Shown here piece by piece: positions 48,418-57,960 of a stretch of 64,000 nt of DNA (its first letter is position 1; each line of letters opens with the position of its first letter). Location of the stretch: the NCBI GenBank assembly GCA_030599585.1, contig JAUVNS010000008.1, positions 32,001-96,000 of the forward strand, given 5' to 3'. A program made the translations under genes and the position numbers. The notes under the pieces are model-generated. The model did no database searches, was not told the DNA's origin, and saw only the letters and a list, made by a program, of their open reading frames with translations. Origin of the DNA: Promethearchaeota archaeon. GTDB lineage: Archaea > Asgardarchaeota > Lokiarchaeia > Sigyniarchaeales > SOKP01.

Positions 48418-48960
48418 TTGAGACCGATGGTCGCAACAATTGATAATTTTGAAAAGTCTAAAGAATTTTTTAAAAGTGGCGATATTCTTAATGCCTTAGA
48501 GAGTTTTATTAAATCATTAGATCATTTAGATACTTCGAAAGACGCTAAAAAAGAAGAGTTAATTATGTTTTTGGAAAATCTGTTACAATATAGCAAGGAT
48601 AACAATCTTAGAAACGAAGAAGCTATGGTTTTAAGAGCTCTAGGAAGAACTCATTCTAAATTTAGAAATCATGTAGAAGGGTTAAAATATTCGTATCAGG
48701 CATTAAAAATTCAAAAGAAAATAGGGAGAAAGTTAGATATTGCTGAGAGTTTAGTTTTTATTGCTGAAGACCTCGAAATTTCAGGTAATTCTGACGAATG
48801 CATAAAATCTTTTACTGAAGCTGCAGAAATATTTCATGATTTAGGGAAACTAGATAAAGAAATAGAAATCAAAAACGAAATTAACCGGTTGGAAGTTTTT
48901 TCTGAACAAATAGTTAAAGATGAATTTAACTTAAAAAAATTCAATATAGATAACTACTAA
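48418..48960 (+). CDS. TPR-like helical repeat protein
   Basis: EAMVLRALGRTH..ALKI, A.SL..IA repeats. Confidence 0.7.
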   Translation: MRPMVATIDNFEKSKEFFKSGDILNALESFIKSLDHLDTSKDAKKEELIMFLENLLQYSKDNNLRNEEAMVLRALGRTHSKFRNHVEGLKYSYQALKIQKKIGRKLDIAESLVFIAEDLEISGNSDECIKSFTEAAEIFHDLGKLDKEIEIKNEINRLEVFSEQIVKDEFNLKKFNIDNY

Positions 48961-49036
48961 ATCAATCCAAGTATGGCCACTAAATTTAAAAAAATCCTTT
49001 TTTTTTTTAATTTTATATAAAATGAGTAAGCTGCGG

Positions 49037-50326
49037 CTATGAATTAGTCTTGTAAAGCATTTCTATCACATTTTGACAATAAAACAGTATTTCTTTAACA
49101 GGTAGAGATGTATCTTTGCTGATTACTCTTAAATCTTCAAATTCAGGTTTTACATTGATGACTTCCGTTTTTTCTCCTTTTTTAATAAACGAGATTTTAA
49201 AATTCAGTTCATACCATTTACCATTAATTTCTATTTTTTCATTCACAATCTTACGATCGACGCAAACACGCTTACTTGAATAGAATCTTACACCAAGCGT
49301 ACCCAACTCTCTTAAAGTTTTAAGAATAAGATCATAACTGTGAGAAGGTTCACAAATGATTTTGATGACGTGACCTGGGCGATTTTTCTTAGTAATACTT
49401 GGGATTATTTGAATGTCTAGAATATCTTCATTTCCTAAAATATTTACAAAATTGCCTAATATTTCTCCTGATACATCGTCTACAGCTGTTTCTAGAATGT
49501 TAACTTCCTCAATATAATCACTTATAGGATGCAACTCATTAGAACGCATCAAATGCTTTCTCTCTCCGTAAAATAAACGAAGTGTATTCGAAAAAGCGTT
49601 AAACTCCTTTTGGCCGGTCCCACAGGACATCTTTAGCAAATTCATAGAAGGAACAAATTCTGAATGAGTAGGATTTAAATTTACCAATAACGCTGCTCCA
49701 GTAGGAGTTACTAGTTCCGCTTCAATAGGTCCTCCCTTTATAGACAAATTAGAGTTTTCTAATATTTTTACTGTAGCTGGAGCAGGGATAGGCAAGATTC
49801 CGTGAGCACTTTTTATTTTTCCACCACCAAGAGGTACTTCGCTACAATAATATGAGAAATCTGTGTCAAATCCTCCTAGAGTATCAATTACTTTTGTCAC
49901 TCCCAAAATATCAATTAGTGTGTCAACTGAACTTAATTCGTGAAGGTGTATATTTTCAATTGATTTTCCATGAACTTCAGCTTCGGCTTTAAATAAGGTG
50001 CTTAAAACATTCCCTGCAAACTCTTTAGCTGGATTCGAAAAATAGTTATTATTAAGATACTCATTGAGAGCGTTCGAAAGATCATCCGGAGTTCTATGAA
50101 TCCTAGATTCCTCTATTATTATCTCAAGTCTATTAGTTTCTATACCCATCCTTTTAACGATCTTTAGATCAAGTTCTAATTCAGATACACCTTTTAACCT
50201 ATTCTTTAAATCTTTCAAATTTGTGATAATTTGAGTTGGATCAGGTATTAAACCTAATAACGATGCTAATAACATATCCCCCGAGATTCCTGAGTTAGTT
50301 AAATCAAAATATATAGATTTCATCAC
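49037..50326 (-). CDS. larC: Nickel-pincer cofactor nickel insertase LarC (single uninterrupted ORF)
   Basis: SGISGDM, AEAEVHG, HLHE..VDT, HG..PIPAPAT, ELVTPTGAA, ETAVDD, KKNRPG, KPEFED. Confidence 0.93.
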   Translation of the reverse strand: MMKSIYFDLTNSGISGDMLLASLLGLIPDPTQIITNLKDLKNRLKGVSELELDLKIVKRMGIETNRLEIIIEESRIHRTPDDLSNALNEYLNNNYFSNPAKEFAGNVLSTLFKAEAEVHGKSIENIHLHELSSVDTLIDILGVTKVIDTLGGFDTDFSYYCSEVPLGGGKIKSAHGILPIPAPATVKILENSNLSIKGGPIEAELVTPTGAALLVNLNPTHSEFVPSMNLLKMSCGTGQKEFNAFSNTLRLFYGERKHLMRSNELHPISDYIEEVNILETAVDDVSGEILGNFVNILGNEDILDIQIIPSITKKNRPGHVIKIICEPSHSYDLILKTLRELGTLGVRFYSSKRVCVDRKIVNEKIEINGKWYELNFKISFIKKGEKTEVINVKPEFEDLRVISKDTSLPVKEILFYCQNVIEMLYKTNS

Positions 50327-50375
50327 ATGCTCACTCTCATGATTAAAATAGGTGAATTTATACCTAGTAATATAA

Positions 50376-50418
50376 ATAAAATAACAATACTAAAAATAAT
50401 AAACCGTTGTTATTTTAT
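50376..50418. promoter_or_regulatory. 12-bp inverted repeat with 19-nt spacer in the divergent larC promoter region; candidate operator
   Basis: ATAAAATAACAA-N19-TTGTTATTTTAT. Confidence 0.4.
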
Positions 50419-50480
50419 AATAAATTGTACTTAATTTCAATTTAATAGTTATAAATTTAAGATTAAAAAAATGGTTAGTT

Positions 50481-51215
50481 ATGAGTGAACTTCAGACTAT
50501 CAAATGTTACTTAGATCAAATACCAGCAACTTTTATAAAGTTGTTAGGTATAGATCCACCAACTGGAATGATTCCAGAGCCCGTCAAAGAGGTTGTTGAT
50601 CTCTATCATGGTATTGAACGAATAAGTGTAAGTATAATTGATAATTTTGGTTTATTTGAACTCACATTTAATAAACCCGAATTTATGATAACAAATTCTC
50701 AGGTAATGTTGCTTCTCTCCACCAAAAACCCTTATACTTTAGGCGTGTTACATCAAATGATGTATGGAGGATTCGAGTTTGAACCCAATGGATTTCATTT
50801 ATTAAGATACTTAAACGAACATGGAAAGAAATCATGCTTTGTTGGAAGAAAAAAAGACATCGCTAGATATGATGGAGGAACTCATTCGATTCCGAAAGAA
50901 ACGGATATGGCTACATGGGTTGAATCTGCGAAGGTTATTAATAATTTTGAAATGTCTTGGATGCATTATTTAGATTTTGAAAATCTTCACAAACAACAAC
51001 AAGCATTAAAACAAAGAACTCCTGAGGACTTGATTGATAAATTAATACTTCGCACTGATAAGTGGATTTTAGGAAATTACAAACAACTTAGAAATAACTC
51101 TCTAATGGTAATTTTAGGCGATCATGGGAGAGTTAAATTAAATTTAGAGTATTCTGGCAAGATAGCTCAATGGCGGGAAGCTAGCGTACCGATAGCTATT
51201 ATAATTAGGAAATAA
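50481..51215 (+). CDS. Alkaline-phosphatase-superfamily-like protein (compact, divergent)
   Basis: IIDNFG, YLDFENLH and ILGDHG metal-site-like motifs. Confidence 0.5.
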   Translation: MSELQTIKCYLDQIPATFIKLLGIDPPTGMIPEPVKEVVDLYHGIERISVSIIDNFGLFELTFNKPEFMITNSQVMLLLSTKNPYTLGVLHQMMYGGFEFEPNGFHLLRYLNEHGKKSCFVGRKKDIARYDGGTHSIPKETDMATWVESAKVINNFEMSWMHYLDFENLHKQQQALKQRTPEDLIDKLILRTDKWILGNYKQLRNNSLMVILGDHGRVKLNLEYSGKIAQWREASVPIAIIIRK

Positions 51216-51242
51216 GTATATCCTATTTTTATAAAAACTAAG

Positions 51243-51776
51243 ATGTCTAAAATGGAAGAATATAAGCGTTTTACAGTTTCACTTCCTAAAGAATTATACG
51301 ACAAATTTGAAGCTTTCAGGAATAATATTGGTATTTCGAGATCAGATAGTATAAGGAAGGCAATGTATTCTTTAATGGCTAGTGAAGAGAATATTACGAA
51401 AGCTTCTGGAACTGTTGTTGGTTGCATTCCAATAATTATGCTTCATGAACATTTTACAGATAAGCATGAAAAGGAAGATTCATCAGAACATTCTCATGAA
51501 ATTAATCATGACGATAAACACCATGATCACGAATACGATTCTAGACCAATTTACGCCTCTGTTCAACAAACGGATGAAATCCTGAAAAATGATATACAAC
51601 ATCATTTCTATGATGTTATTACATCAACTTTACATGTACATCTTGAATTTGAAAAATGTTTAGAAATTATTGCAGTGTCTGGACCCTTTGAAAGAGTAAA
51701 AAAACTTAAAGAAGCTTTACAAAGATTAAGGAGCGTCGTATCGATACAATTTTTTATCACTGATAAAGAATTTTGA
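51243..51776 (+). CDS. nikR: Nickel-responsive regulator NikR with His-rich insertion
   Basis: RHH domain RFTVSLP...SRSDSIR; QHHF...LHVHLEFEKCLEII nickel site. Confidence 0.88.
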   Translation: MSKMEEYKRFTVSLPKELYDKFEAFRNNIGISRSDSIRKAMYSLMASEENITKASGTVVGCIPIIMLHEHFTDKHEKEDSSEHSHEINHDDKHHDHEYDSRPIYASVQQTDEILKNDIQHHFYDVITSTLHVHLEFEKCLEIIAVSGPFERVKKLKEALQRLRSVVSIQFFITDKEF

Positions 51777-52081
51777 TTTAAAATTAAGTAGCACCATATA
51801 GAATGATAATCTTGCTTAAAAGGAAGAGAAAAGAATAAAAATTTTTCTTCAAACAAGAAAAGAATAAAGATAAGGCGATTTATGAAGTTTTTTTTATTCT
51901 ATTTGGTCGTGTTTATTGTGTGTGTTATAACTACAATAACAGAATTTCAATAAGAATAAACATACATTGGGAAATTAGTAATTTTTCAGAAATAAAAAAA
52001 AAGAATTATTTAATTAATAAAAAAATTTTACCTTGTAGATGCTTATGAACAATAAATTTATAGACCGAGAGAGGATTTTCT

Positions 52082-52279
52082 TTATAAATCCTTTTCTTGG
52101 ACTGTCTTTCTACCGTTCGCTTTTGCTCGTTTAATCGCTTTATCAAGAATATCAATTAAAGCATCATTGAGTGCTGGACCATCAATTACATCTCCAGATG
52201 TGTTACAATCTTTTGATTTGATGTATTCTCGAACTTTGGACTTAACAAAAAGGACATCTACGCTTGGTTTCTTTGCCAT
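52082..52279 (-). CDS. Short histone-fold protein (alpha3-truncated, face-to-face/Bd0055-like)
   Basis: VLFVKSKVREYIK..NTSGD...AIKRAKANGRKTVQEKDL (RKTV..D histone signature); strong GGAGG RBS. Confidence 0.85.
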   Translation of the reverse strand: MAKKPSVDVLFVKSKVREYIKSKDCNTSGDVIDGPALNDALIDILDKAIKRAKANGRKTVQEKDL

Positions 52280-52686
52280 TTTTTATTCCTCCGTTAATTA
52301 TTTAAATATGTTTTAAAAATAAATTTGTGTTTAATGTTATATATATGAGTTCTGCTCATATTTAAAGTTAGTTGAAAAAACATCATAGGAGGTTAATATT
52401 TTGGGTGTACCAGCGATCTAAATTAAATTGAAATTTAACATGGTGTACTCAATGATCTTTAGGATTTGTGCATAATCAATGTAAATCATATGCTAGAGTT
52501 GCTACTTATGGAGTATCTTCTAACTTGAAAGTATGAGGGATGTTCAAGCTATTTTAAATTAGAATTAGATCATATGAACTTACTCACCTAATTTTGATTA
52601 GATGGATTTTTCTAATTTTAAAAATTAACAGTTTTAACTATGAATAACGAATCAAAAAGTAGGAAAAATTATTATCAAGCTTTAGT

Positions 52687-53688
52687 ATGAATTTTAAAAA
52701 TTCTGTTCTCACAAGAGCACCTACAAGAATTTGCGACATTGGAGGATGGACAGATACGTGGTTTTATCCAAAAGGAGCTGTATTTAGTTTTTGCGTGGAT
52801 CTCTATAGCTATGTAAGACTTGTTGAAAATAGAAGTAAGACGATAAATATTTTTGCTGAAAACCTTAAACAAAGTGCTGAAATTCTTAATTTAAAGAAAA
52901 TTGAATACAATGGTGTTTTGGATTTATTAAAATCAGCGATTAAAAGAATGAATATAGAAAATGGATTAGATATCTTTGTGAGAGCAGATGCACCACCGGG
53001 ATGTGGAACAGGTACTAGTGCGAGTGTTGCAGTTACTTTAATTTCTGCCCTCGCCACTTATAAACGATTAAATATGGATCAAAACAGTATTGCTGCTTTA
53101 GCGCACAAACTCGAAACTGAAGAACTTGGACTTGAAAGTGGAGTTCAAGATCAGTATTCCGCTGCATTTGGGGGAATTAATTTCATGGAAATTGATTATC
53201 CAGAAGTAACGCTAACCAAAATAGAACTTGATGAGAATCGTATTCTAGAACTTGAAAATCAGTTTATCTTAGTTTATTTTGGATCAAGAAGTTCTAGTCA
53301 GATGCATAATGCTGTTATAAGTAATTATCAAAACCGAGATGAGGCTACAATCAATGCTTTTGAAACCATAAGACAGTGTGCTTATGAAATGAAAGCTTCG
53401 ATTAATTCCGATATAGATGTCATTGGAGATCTTATCAATAGAAATTGGGAAGCTCAGAAATCTCTCCACCCCTTAATGATAAATCCCATAGTAAGTAAAG
53501 CAGAAAAAATTGCTAAGAGTAACGGTGCTATAGGGTTTAAATGTAATGGTGCAGGCGGAGGTGGTTCAGCTACCATTCTAGCTGAATGTGGTCACGAATA
53601 TCAGATTAAAAAAAAATTAATTGAAAACGGTTATACAATATTGCCATGTAAATTCAGTTTTACTGGCGTTAGAAGCTATGATAAGTAG
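52687..53688 (+). CDS. GHMP-family sugar kinase (HddA/heptose-7-phosphate kinase-like)
   Basis: RAPTRI..GGWTD, PPGCGTGTS, GVQDQY..AFGG, GAGGGG. Confidence 0.88.
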   Translation: MNFKNSVLTRAPTRICDIGGWTDTWFYPKGAVFSFCVDLYSYVRLVENRSKTINIFAENLKQSAEILNLKKIEYNGVLDLLKSAIKRMNIENGLDIFVRADAPPGCGTGTSASVAVTLISALATYKRLNMDQNSIAALAHKLETEELGLESGVQDQYSAAFGGINFMEIDYPEVTLTKIELDENRILELENQFILVYFGSRSSSQMHNAVISNYQNRDEATINAFETIRQCAYEMKASINSDIDVIGDLINRNWEAQKSLHPLMINPIVSKAEKIAKSNGAIGFKCNGAGGGGSATILAECGHEYQIKKKLIENGYTILPCKFSFTGVRSYDK

Positions 53689-53804
53689 GGTTTCATTATA
53701 TAAAGAAACTAATTCTACTTTCATTTCTATTTGTTGATCTTTAATTTATATCAGAGAGGATGCAAAAGTTTGAGCTTTTTATAGTTTTAATATAAAAATC
53801 TATC

Positions 53805-54611
53805 ATGGGAATTCCCGATCACTCGGCAATAGTATCGAGGATAAAACAAACGCCTGAAAAATTAAAAATTCACAATTTATTTATTTTCAATAAATCAGGT
53901 ATATGCATTTACGGATTAAACCTTACAAATCTTTACCCTATAGAGCAGGAACAGCTTATTTCTTCTTACTTTACCGCCCTAATGTCGTTTACCAAGGAAT
54001 TGATTGGAGATAAAATCAAAACAGTGGAGATGGGGGGTGAAATAAAGCTCGTCGTGTTTGAAAAAAAAACGCTATTTTACAGTATTCTTTGTAGTACAAT
54101 TGAAAATTTAGAGTTTCTTGAAGAGTTAATTTCCAAAATTGAATCGCAATTTTTGAATTATGTTAAAAAAAATAACATTAGAACGGATTTAGAATATGTT
54201 TACGATGAGCATTTAAACTATCTTATAGAGGATATTATCAAGGAGCCTTTTACCAACAAATTAGATATCGGTAAACAAAAAGAAGTAATAAATTTTCTAA
54301 TCGATTTTAAATCAAATGACGATATCAAAGGTGTTATTCTTCTAACTCATAGAGGAAATGTAATTTACTCATCAATGAATGACAATATATTGAAGCCATT
54401 CTTAAAAGAAGTGGATTTTAGGGTGAAAATATCGAATAATTCTATTTTAAAATTATTTTATACCTCTAAAAATAAGGAGTTAATTTTTTCTGAAAATGTG
54501 AACGATTTGTTTATAGTTATTCTTATTTTTGAAAGTAAAATTAGATTTGGAATAGCTGAGTTTTATTTACAAAAAGTAGTAAGAAAAATCAAGAACTTAA
54601 TTGGAATTTAA
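53805..54611 (+). CDS. Longin-like domain fused to a roadblock/profilin-like domain
   Basis: LFIFNKSGICIY...QLISSYFTALMSFTKE..G..I (longin pattern); second domain DIKGVILLTHRGNVIYSS. Confidence 0.65.
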   Translation: MGIPDHSAIVSRIKQTPEKLKIHNLFIFNKSGICIYGLNLTNLYPIEQEQLISSYFTALMSFTKELIGDKIKTVEMGGEIKLVVFEKKTLFYSILCSTIENLEFLEELISKIESQFLNYVKKNNIRTDLEYVYDEHLNYLIEDIIKEPFTNKLDIGKQKEVINFLIDFKSNDDIKGVILLTHRGNVIYSSMNDNILKPFLKEVDFRVKISNNSILKLFYTSKNKELIFSENVNDLFIVILIFESKIRFGIAEFYLQKVVRKIKNLIGI

Positions 54612-54750
54612 CTTATGATAGTGTTAAGGTAATACTATAAAATCTAAAACCTTCGCACTTGAAATGGAGAAACTGTAAACAATGATTCTTTATTATTTAT
54701 AAAATACAAATTAAAATATCTTAATAAATAATAAAATGTAAAAACCTAAA

Positions 54751-55266
54751 GTGAAATTTAACATGACTAAATCAGAAGAGGGATTAAAAACAGCATTTGC
54801 TGGTGAATCCCAAGCCAATCGGAAGTACTTGGCTTTTTCGAAAAAAGCTGAGCAAGAAGGTTTTCCCGGTGTAGCACGCTTATTCCACGCTGCTGCTGCT
54901 GCGGAAACGGTGCATGCACATAATCACCTGCGAGTCTTAAAAGGCATCAAATCAACCGCTGAAAATTTAAAAGAAGCAATTGAAGGGGAATTTTATGAGT
55001 TTACAAAAATGTATCCGGAATTCATAGAATATGCAAAAACTGATGGAAATGAAAGCGCTGAGCGTTCTTTTAATTACGCTAATGATGTCGAAAAAGTACA
55101 CCATGAATTATTCAAAAAAGCATTAGAATTACTAGAAAATGGGAAAGATTTAGATGACAAACCTATGTATGTCTGCGCTGTTTGTGGATATACCCATGAA
55201 GGAGACCCTCCAGATACATGCCCCGTTTGTAATTCTCCTAAAAAAGTTTTTAATAAAATCGTTTAG
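54751..55266 (+). CDS. rbr: Rubrerythrin
   Basis: AFAGESQA, AETVHA, EKVH, C-terminal CAVCG..CPVC. Confidence 0.95.
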   Translation: MKFNMTKSEEGLKTAFAGESQANRKYLAFSKKAEQEGFPGVARLFHAAAAAETVHAHNHLRVLKGIKSTAENLKEAIEGEFYEFTKMYPEFIEYAKTDGNESAERSFNYANDVEKVHHELFKKALELLENGKDLDDKPMYVCAVCGYTHEGDPPDTCPVCNSPKKVFNKIV

Positions 55267-55280
55267 AAACTTATTTTTTT

Positions 55281-56864
55281 TTAAATTATCCAAGGTTTAT
55301 AACCATCCTGTATTTTACGGAAATAATCATCAAAAGAGAATCCCAATTCCTTTTCAACCCTTCGCAAAGCTCCCATGGTTGCCCCATTAGCGTAATACCG
55401 TAAGAGCAATTTGGAAATAGAAGAATCACCCAAGGAAATAAGTGTTTGTAATCTCGCAGCATTGATTGTTCTTTTTGTATGTTTAAATTTAATTTTAATG
55501 GAAGAGAGACTTTTTAATTCTTCTTCTAAAGTTTTAAATCTCTGTATTAGAACATTTAGATTTTCAGATAGATAATAATGACACTTATTTTCATAGGGAG
55601 TGTTTAATTTAGGAATGAATGGGTTAATATTTACTTTTAGTTGATTTCCAGTAAATCCTAGCTTTTCAATAGACTTTAAGAGAGTGACTATTCCTAAAAT
55701 GTCGTCATCAGTTTCCCCGGGCAAACCGATTAGAAAATAAAATTTTATATTTCTAATTTTGGACTTGCGAATCATTTCTATAGCGTTCAAAATTGAGTTG
55801 TTTGAAATTTTTTTGTTTAATTCATATCTTAGCGAATCATTTCCTGTCTCAGGAGCTATTGTAATAGTTTTTACACCGCTTCGCTCAAGGATTTGAATAA
55901 TTTGGGGTGTAAGATGTTCGATTCTAATAGAAGGTATACTAAATTTTTTACCAGAATTAAGAATAAACTCACAAATTTCAGAAAATTTTGGATGTGAAGA
56001 GACACATGAGCCTATAAGGCTAAATTTTTCAAAATTTGAATATTTCAACCCATTTTTAATTGATGTAATAATTTCCTTGAAACTTTTATTTCTGAATGGA
56101 TAGTTATGAAAAGAAGATAAACAGAACTTACAGCAAAAAGGGCACCCTCTATTTATTTCAACAAAATAGTTTTCTTCAAAAATTTTTTTGATTTTATCAC
56201 TTTTCGATAATAGTTGGTATGTTGGAGTTGGTGATTGATTCAAATTTTCCAATACTGCACGATTTGTAGGATTATCGATACTTGGGATATAGATACCTTC
56301 AATTTTTGAAACTAAGTTAAAAAAATCTTCAATGGGATAATTTTTAGATTTGAAATCTAAGAATTCATCGAAAAAGAATTTCAGGTTTGGTTCTGCATCT
56401 CCAATAAAAAAAAGATCAAATACTTTGCTCATTGGTAAGGGATTAGATGTTATAGCGGGACCACCGCCTATTACTAGAGGATAAGGTTCTGATTTTTGAG
56501 ATAAATGGTTTAATCGTTTTTCAGATTCCAAAGGAATGTGTGCTTTCTCCAACATCCAGAGGATGTTTTTGAAATTGTTTTCATAATGAACGGAAAATCC
56601 TAAGATATCAAAAGCTGTAGGTAATAACTTAGTTTCAATGCTTCGAATGCGATTGATAGGGGAATAATCGTCAGAAGCGGGATATTTTATATTCTCTGGA
56701 AGGAAAAATCGTTCACACACATAATTTGGATTTGAATTAATCATAAAATAGAGCAATCTAATAGAATAAGAAGACATACCCAGCTGATAAATGTTCGGAT
56801 ATATTAATCCAAACGATAAATCAATTTTTCTCCAATCTTTAATAATTAGATTTTCTTCAAACAT
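55281..56864 (-). CDS. B12-binding-like radical SAM protein
   Basis: YPNIYQLGMS, IGGGP..NP, EINRGCPFCCKFC, IAPETG, FIPK..TP. Confidence 0.85.
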   Translation of the reverse strand: MFEENLIIKDWRKIDLSFGLIYPNIYQLGMSSYSIRLLYFMINSNPNYVCERFFLPENIKYPASDDYSPINRIRSIETKLLPTAFDILGFSVHYENNFKNILWMLEKAHIPLESEKRLNHLSQKSEPYPLVIGGGPAITSNPLPMSKVFDLFFIGDAEPNLKFFFDEFLDFKSKNYPIEDFFNLVSKIEGIYIPSIDNPTNRAVLENLNQSPTPTYQLLSKSDKIKKIFEENYFVEINRGCPFCCKFCLSSFHNYPFRNKSFKEIITSIKNGLKYSNFEKFSLIGSCVSSHPKFSEICEFILNSGKKFSIPSIRIEHLTPQIIQILERSGVKTITIAPETGNDSLRYELNKKISNNSILNAIEMIRKSKIRNIKFYFLIGLPGETDDDILGIVTLLKSIEKLGFTGNQLKVNINPFIPKLNTPYENKCHYYLSENLNVLIQRFKTLEEELKSLSSIKIKFKHTKRTINAARLQTLISLGDSSISKLLLRYYANGATMGALRRVEKELGFSFDDYFRKIQDGYKPWII

Positions 56865-56909
56865 ACAGAAATTACCATAATTTGTTAGAACTTTGTACGA
56901 TCATGAATC

Positions 56910-57701
56910 TCACTTTAGTTCTTTTAATAATTTCTTAATTTCTTCAACAATTAAAGGTAATACTCTCCCAATTTTATGATTAATCACAACCTCTGCTTTC
57001 TCATCTAAATCTGTTGGCTGATCGTTTACAATTATTAACTTTCCCTTTTCTCTTAAAGTATATAACGGTAAGTCACACACAGGAGCGACTGAAAGAGAGG
57101 ACCCCGTAATTAGCATTACATCTGCCTTCTGAGCTAAAGCTTGAGATTGGTACATCTCGAACCGGGGTAGACCTTCACCGAACAATACAACCGAAGGTTT
57201 GAGGGGAGCAGCGCAAAAGTCACAGATAGGTCCTGTTTTCTTCTCTCTTTTTAATTTTCGATATATTTGTTCTTTCGTATAAGATGCTCTACATCCTAAG
57301 CAGCTAAACCTATTGACACTTCCGTGGACTTCATAAACTATTACAGAACCAGCCTGTTGGTGAAGTTCATCGATATTTTGAGTGATTATCGCTTTCAATA
57401 TGCCCATATCTTCGAGTTCCGCAAGAGCGTAATGTCCTAAATTTGGTTTAGCTTTGAATATATTCGGAGCAATCTTTTGAGCCATTTCCCAAAATTTCTT
57501 GGGATTTCTAAGAAAAGATTTGATGTTTCCATAAATTTCCGGTTTGTATTTTTCCCAAAGACCTCCTTCGCTCCTAAAATCAGGAATTCCAGATTCTGTA
57601 GAGATTCCCGCCCCAGTTAACGCTATTGCTTCTTTTGAATTAAGAAGCAAATTTGCTGCTTGCTGAATTTTCTTTTTTTCAAGTAAATTAATAATTTTCA
57701 T
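56910..57701 (-). CDS. cobB: Sir2/CobB NAD-dependent protein deacylase
   Basis: TGAGISTESGIPDFR, TQNIDELH, HGS, CxxC...CxxC, VVLFGE, GSSL. Confidence 0.95.
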   Translation of the reverse strand: MKIINLLEKKKIQQAANLLLNSKEAIALTGAGISTESGIPDFRSEGGLWEKYKPEIYGNIKSFLRNPKKFWEMAQKIAPNIFKAKPNLGHYALAELEDMGILKAIITQNIDELHQQAGSVIVYEVHGSVNRFSCLGCRASYTKEQIYRKLKREKKTGPICDFCAAPLKPSVVLFGEGLPRFEMYQSQALAQKADVMLITGSSLSVAPVCDLPLYTLREKGKLIIVNDQPTDLDEKAEVVINHKIGRVLPLIVEEIKKLLKELK

Positions 57702-57960
57702 ATACTTTGGTTAAAATTGCTAGATTAGGAATTGAATATCGATACAATACTCTAATGGCTCGATTATTTTTATTATATTTTTAGAAATTATTAAAAGTTA
57801 CTTGTTATAGACGTACAGAAAAACTATAAAATTCCTAAAATTAAAATACGTCTTAAATTTCTTCTATTTAAACTTAATTCGAACAAAAAGAATTAAATTT
57901 TATTTAAATTTAAGTTCTTAAAGGGATATTTTAAGTATTTAACGATTGTCTTTTTAGAAT

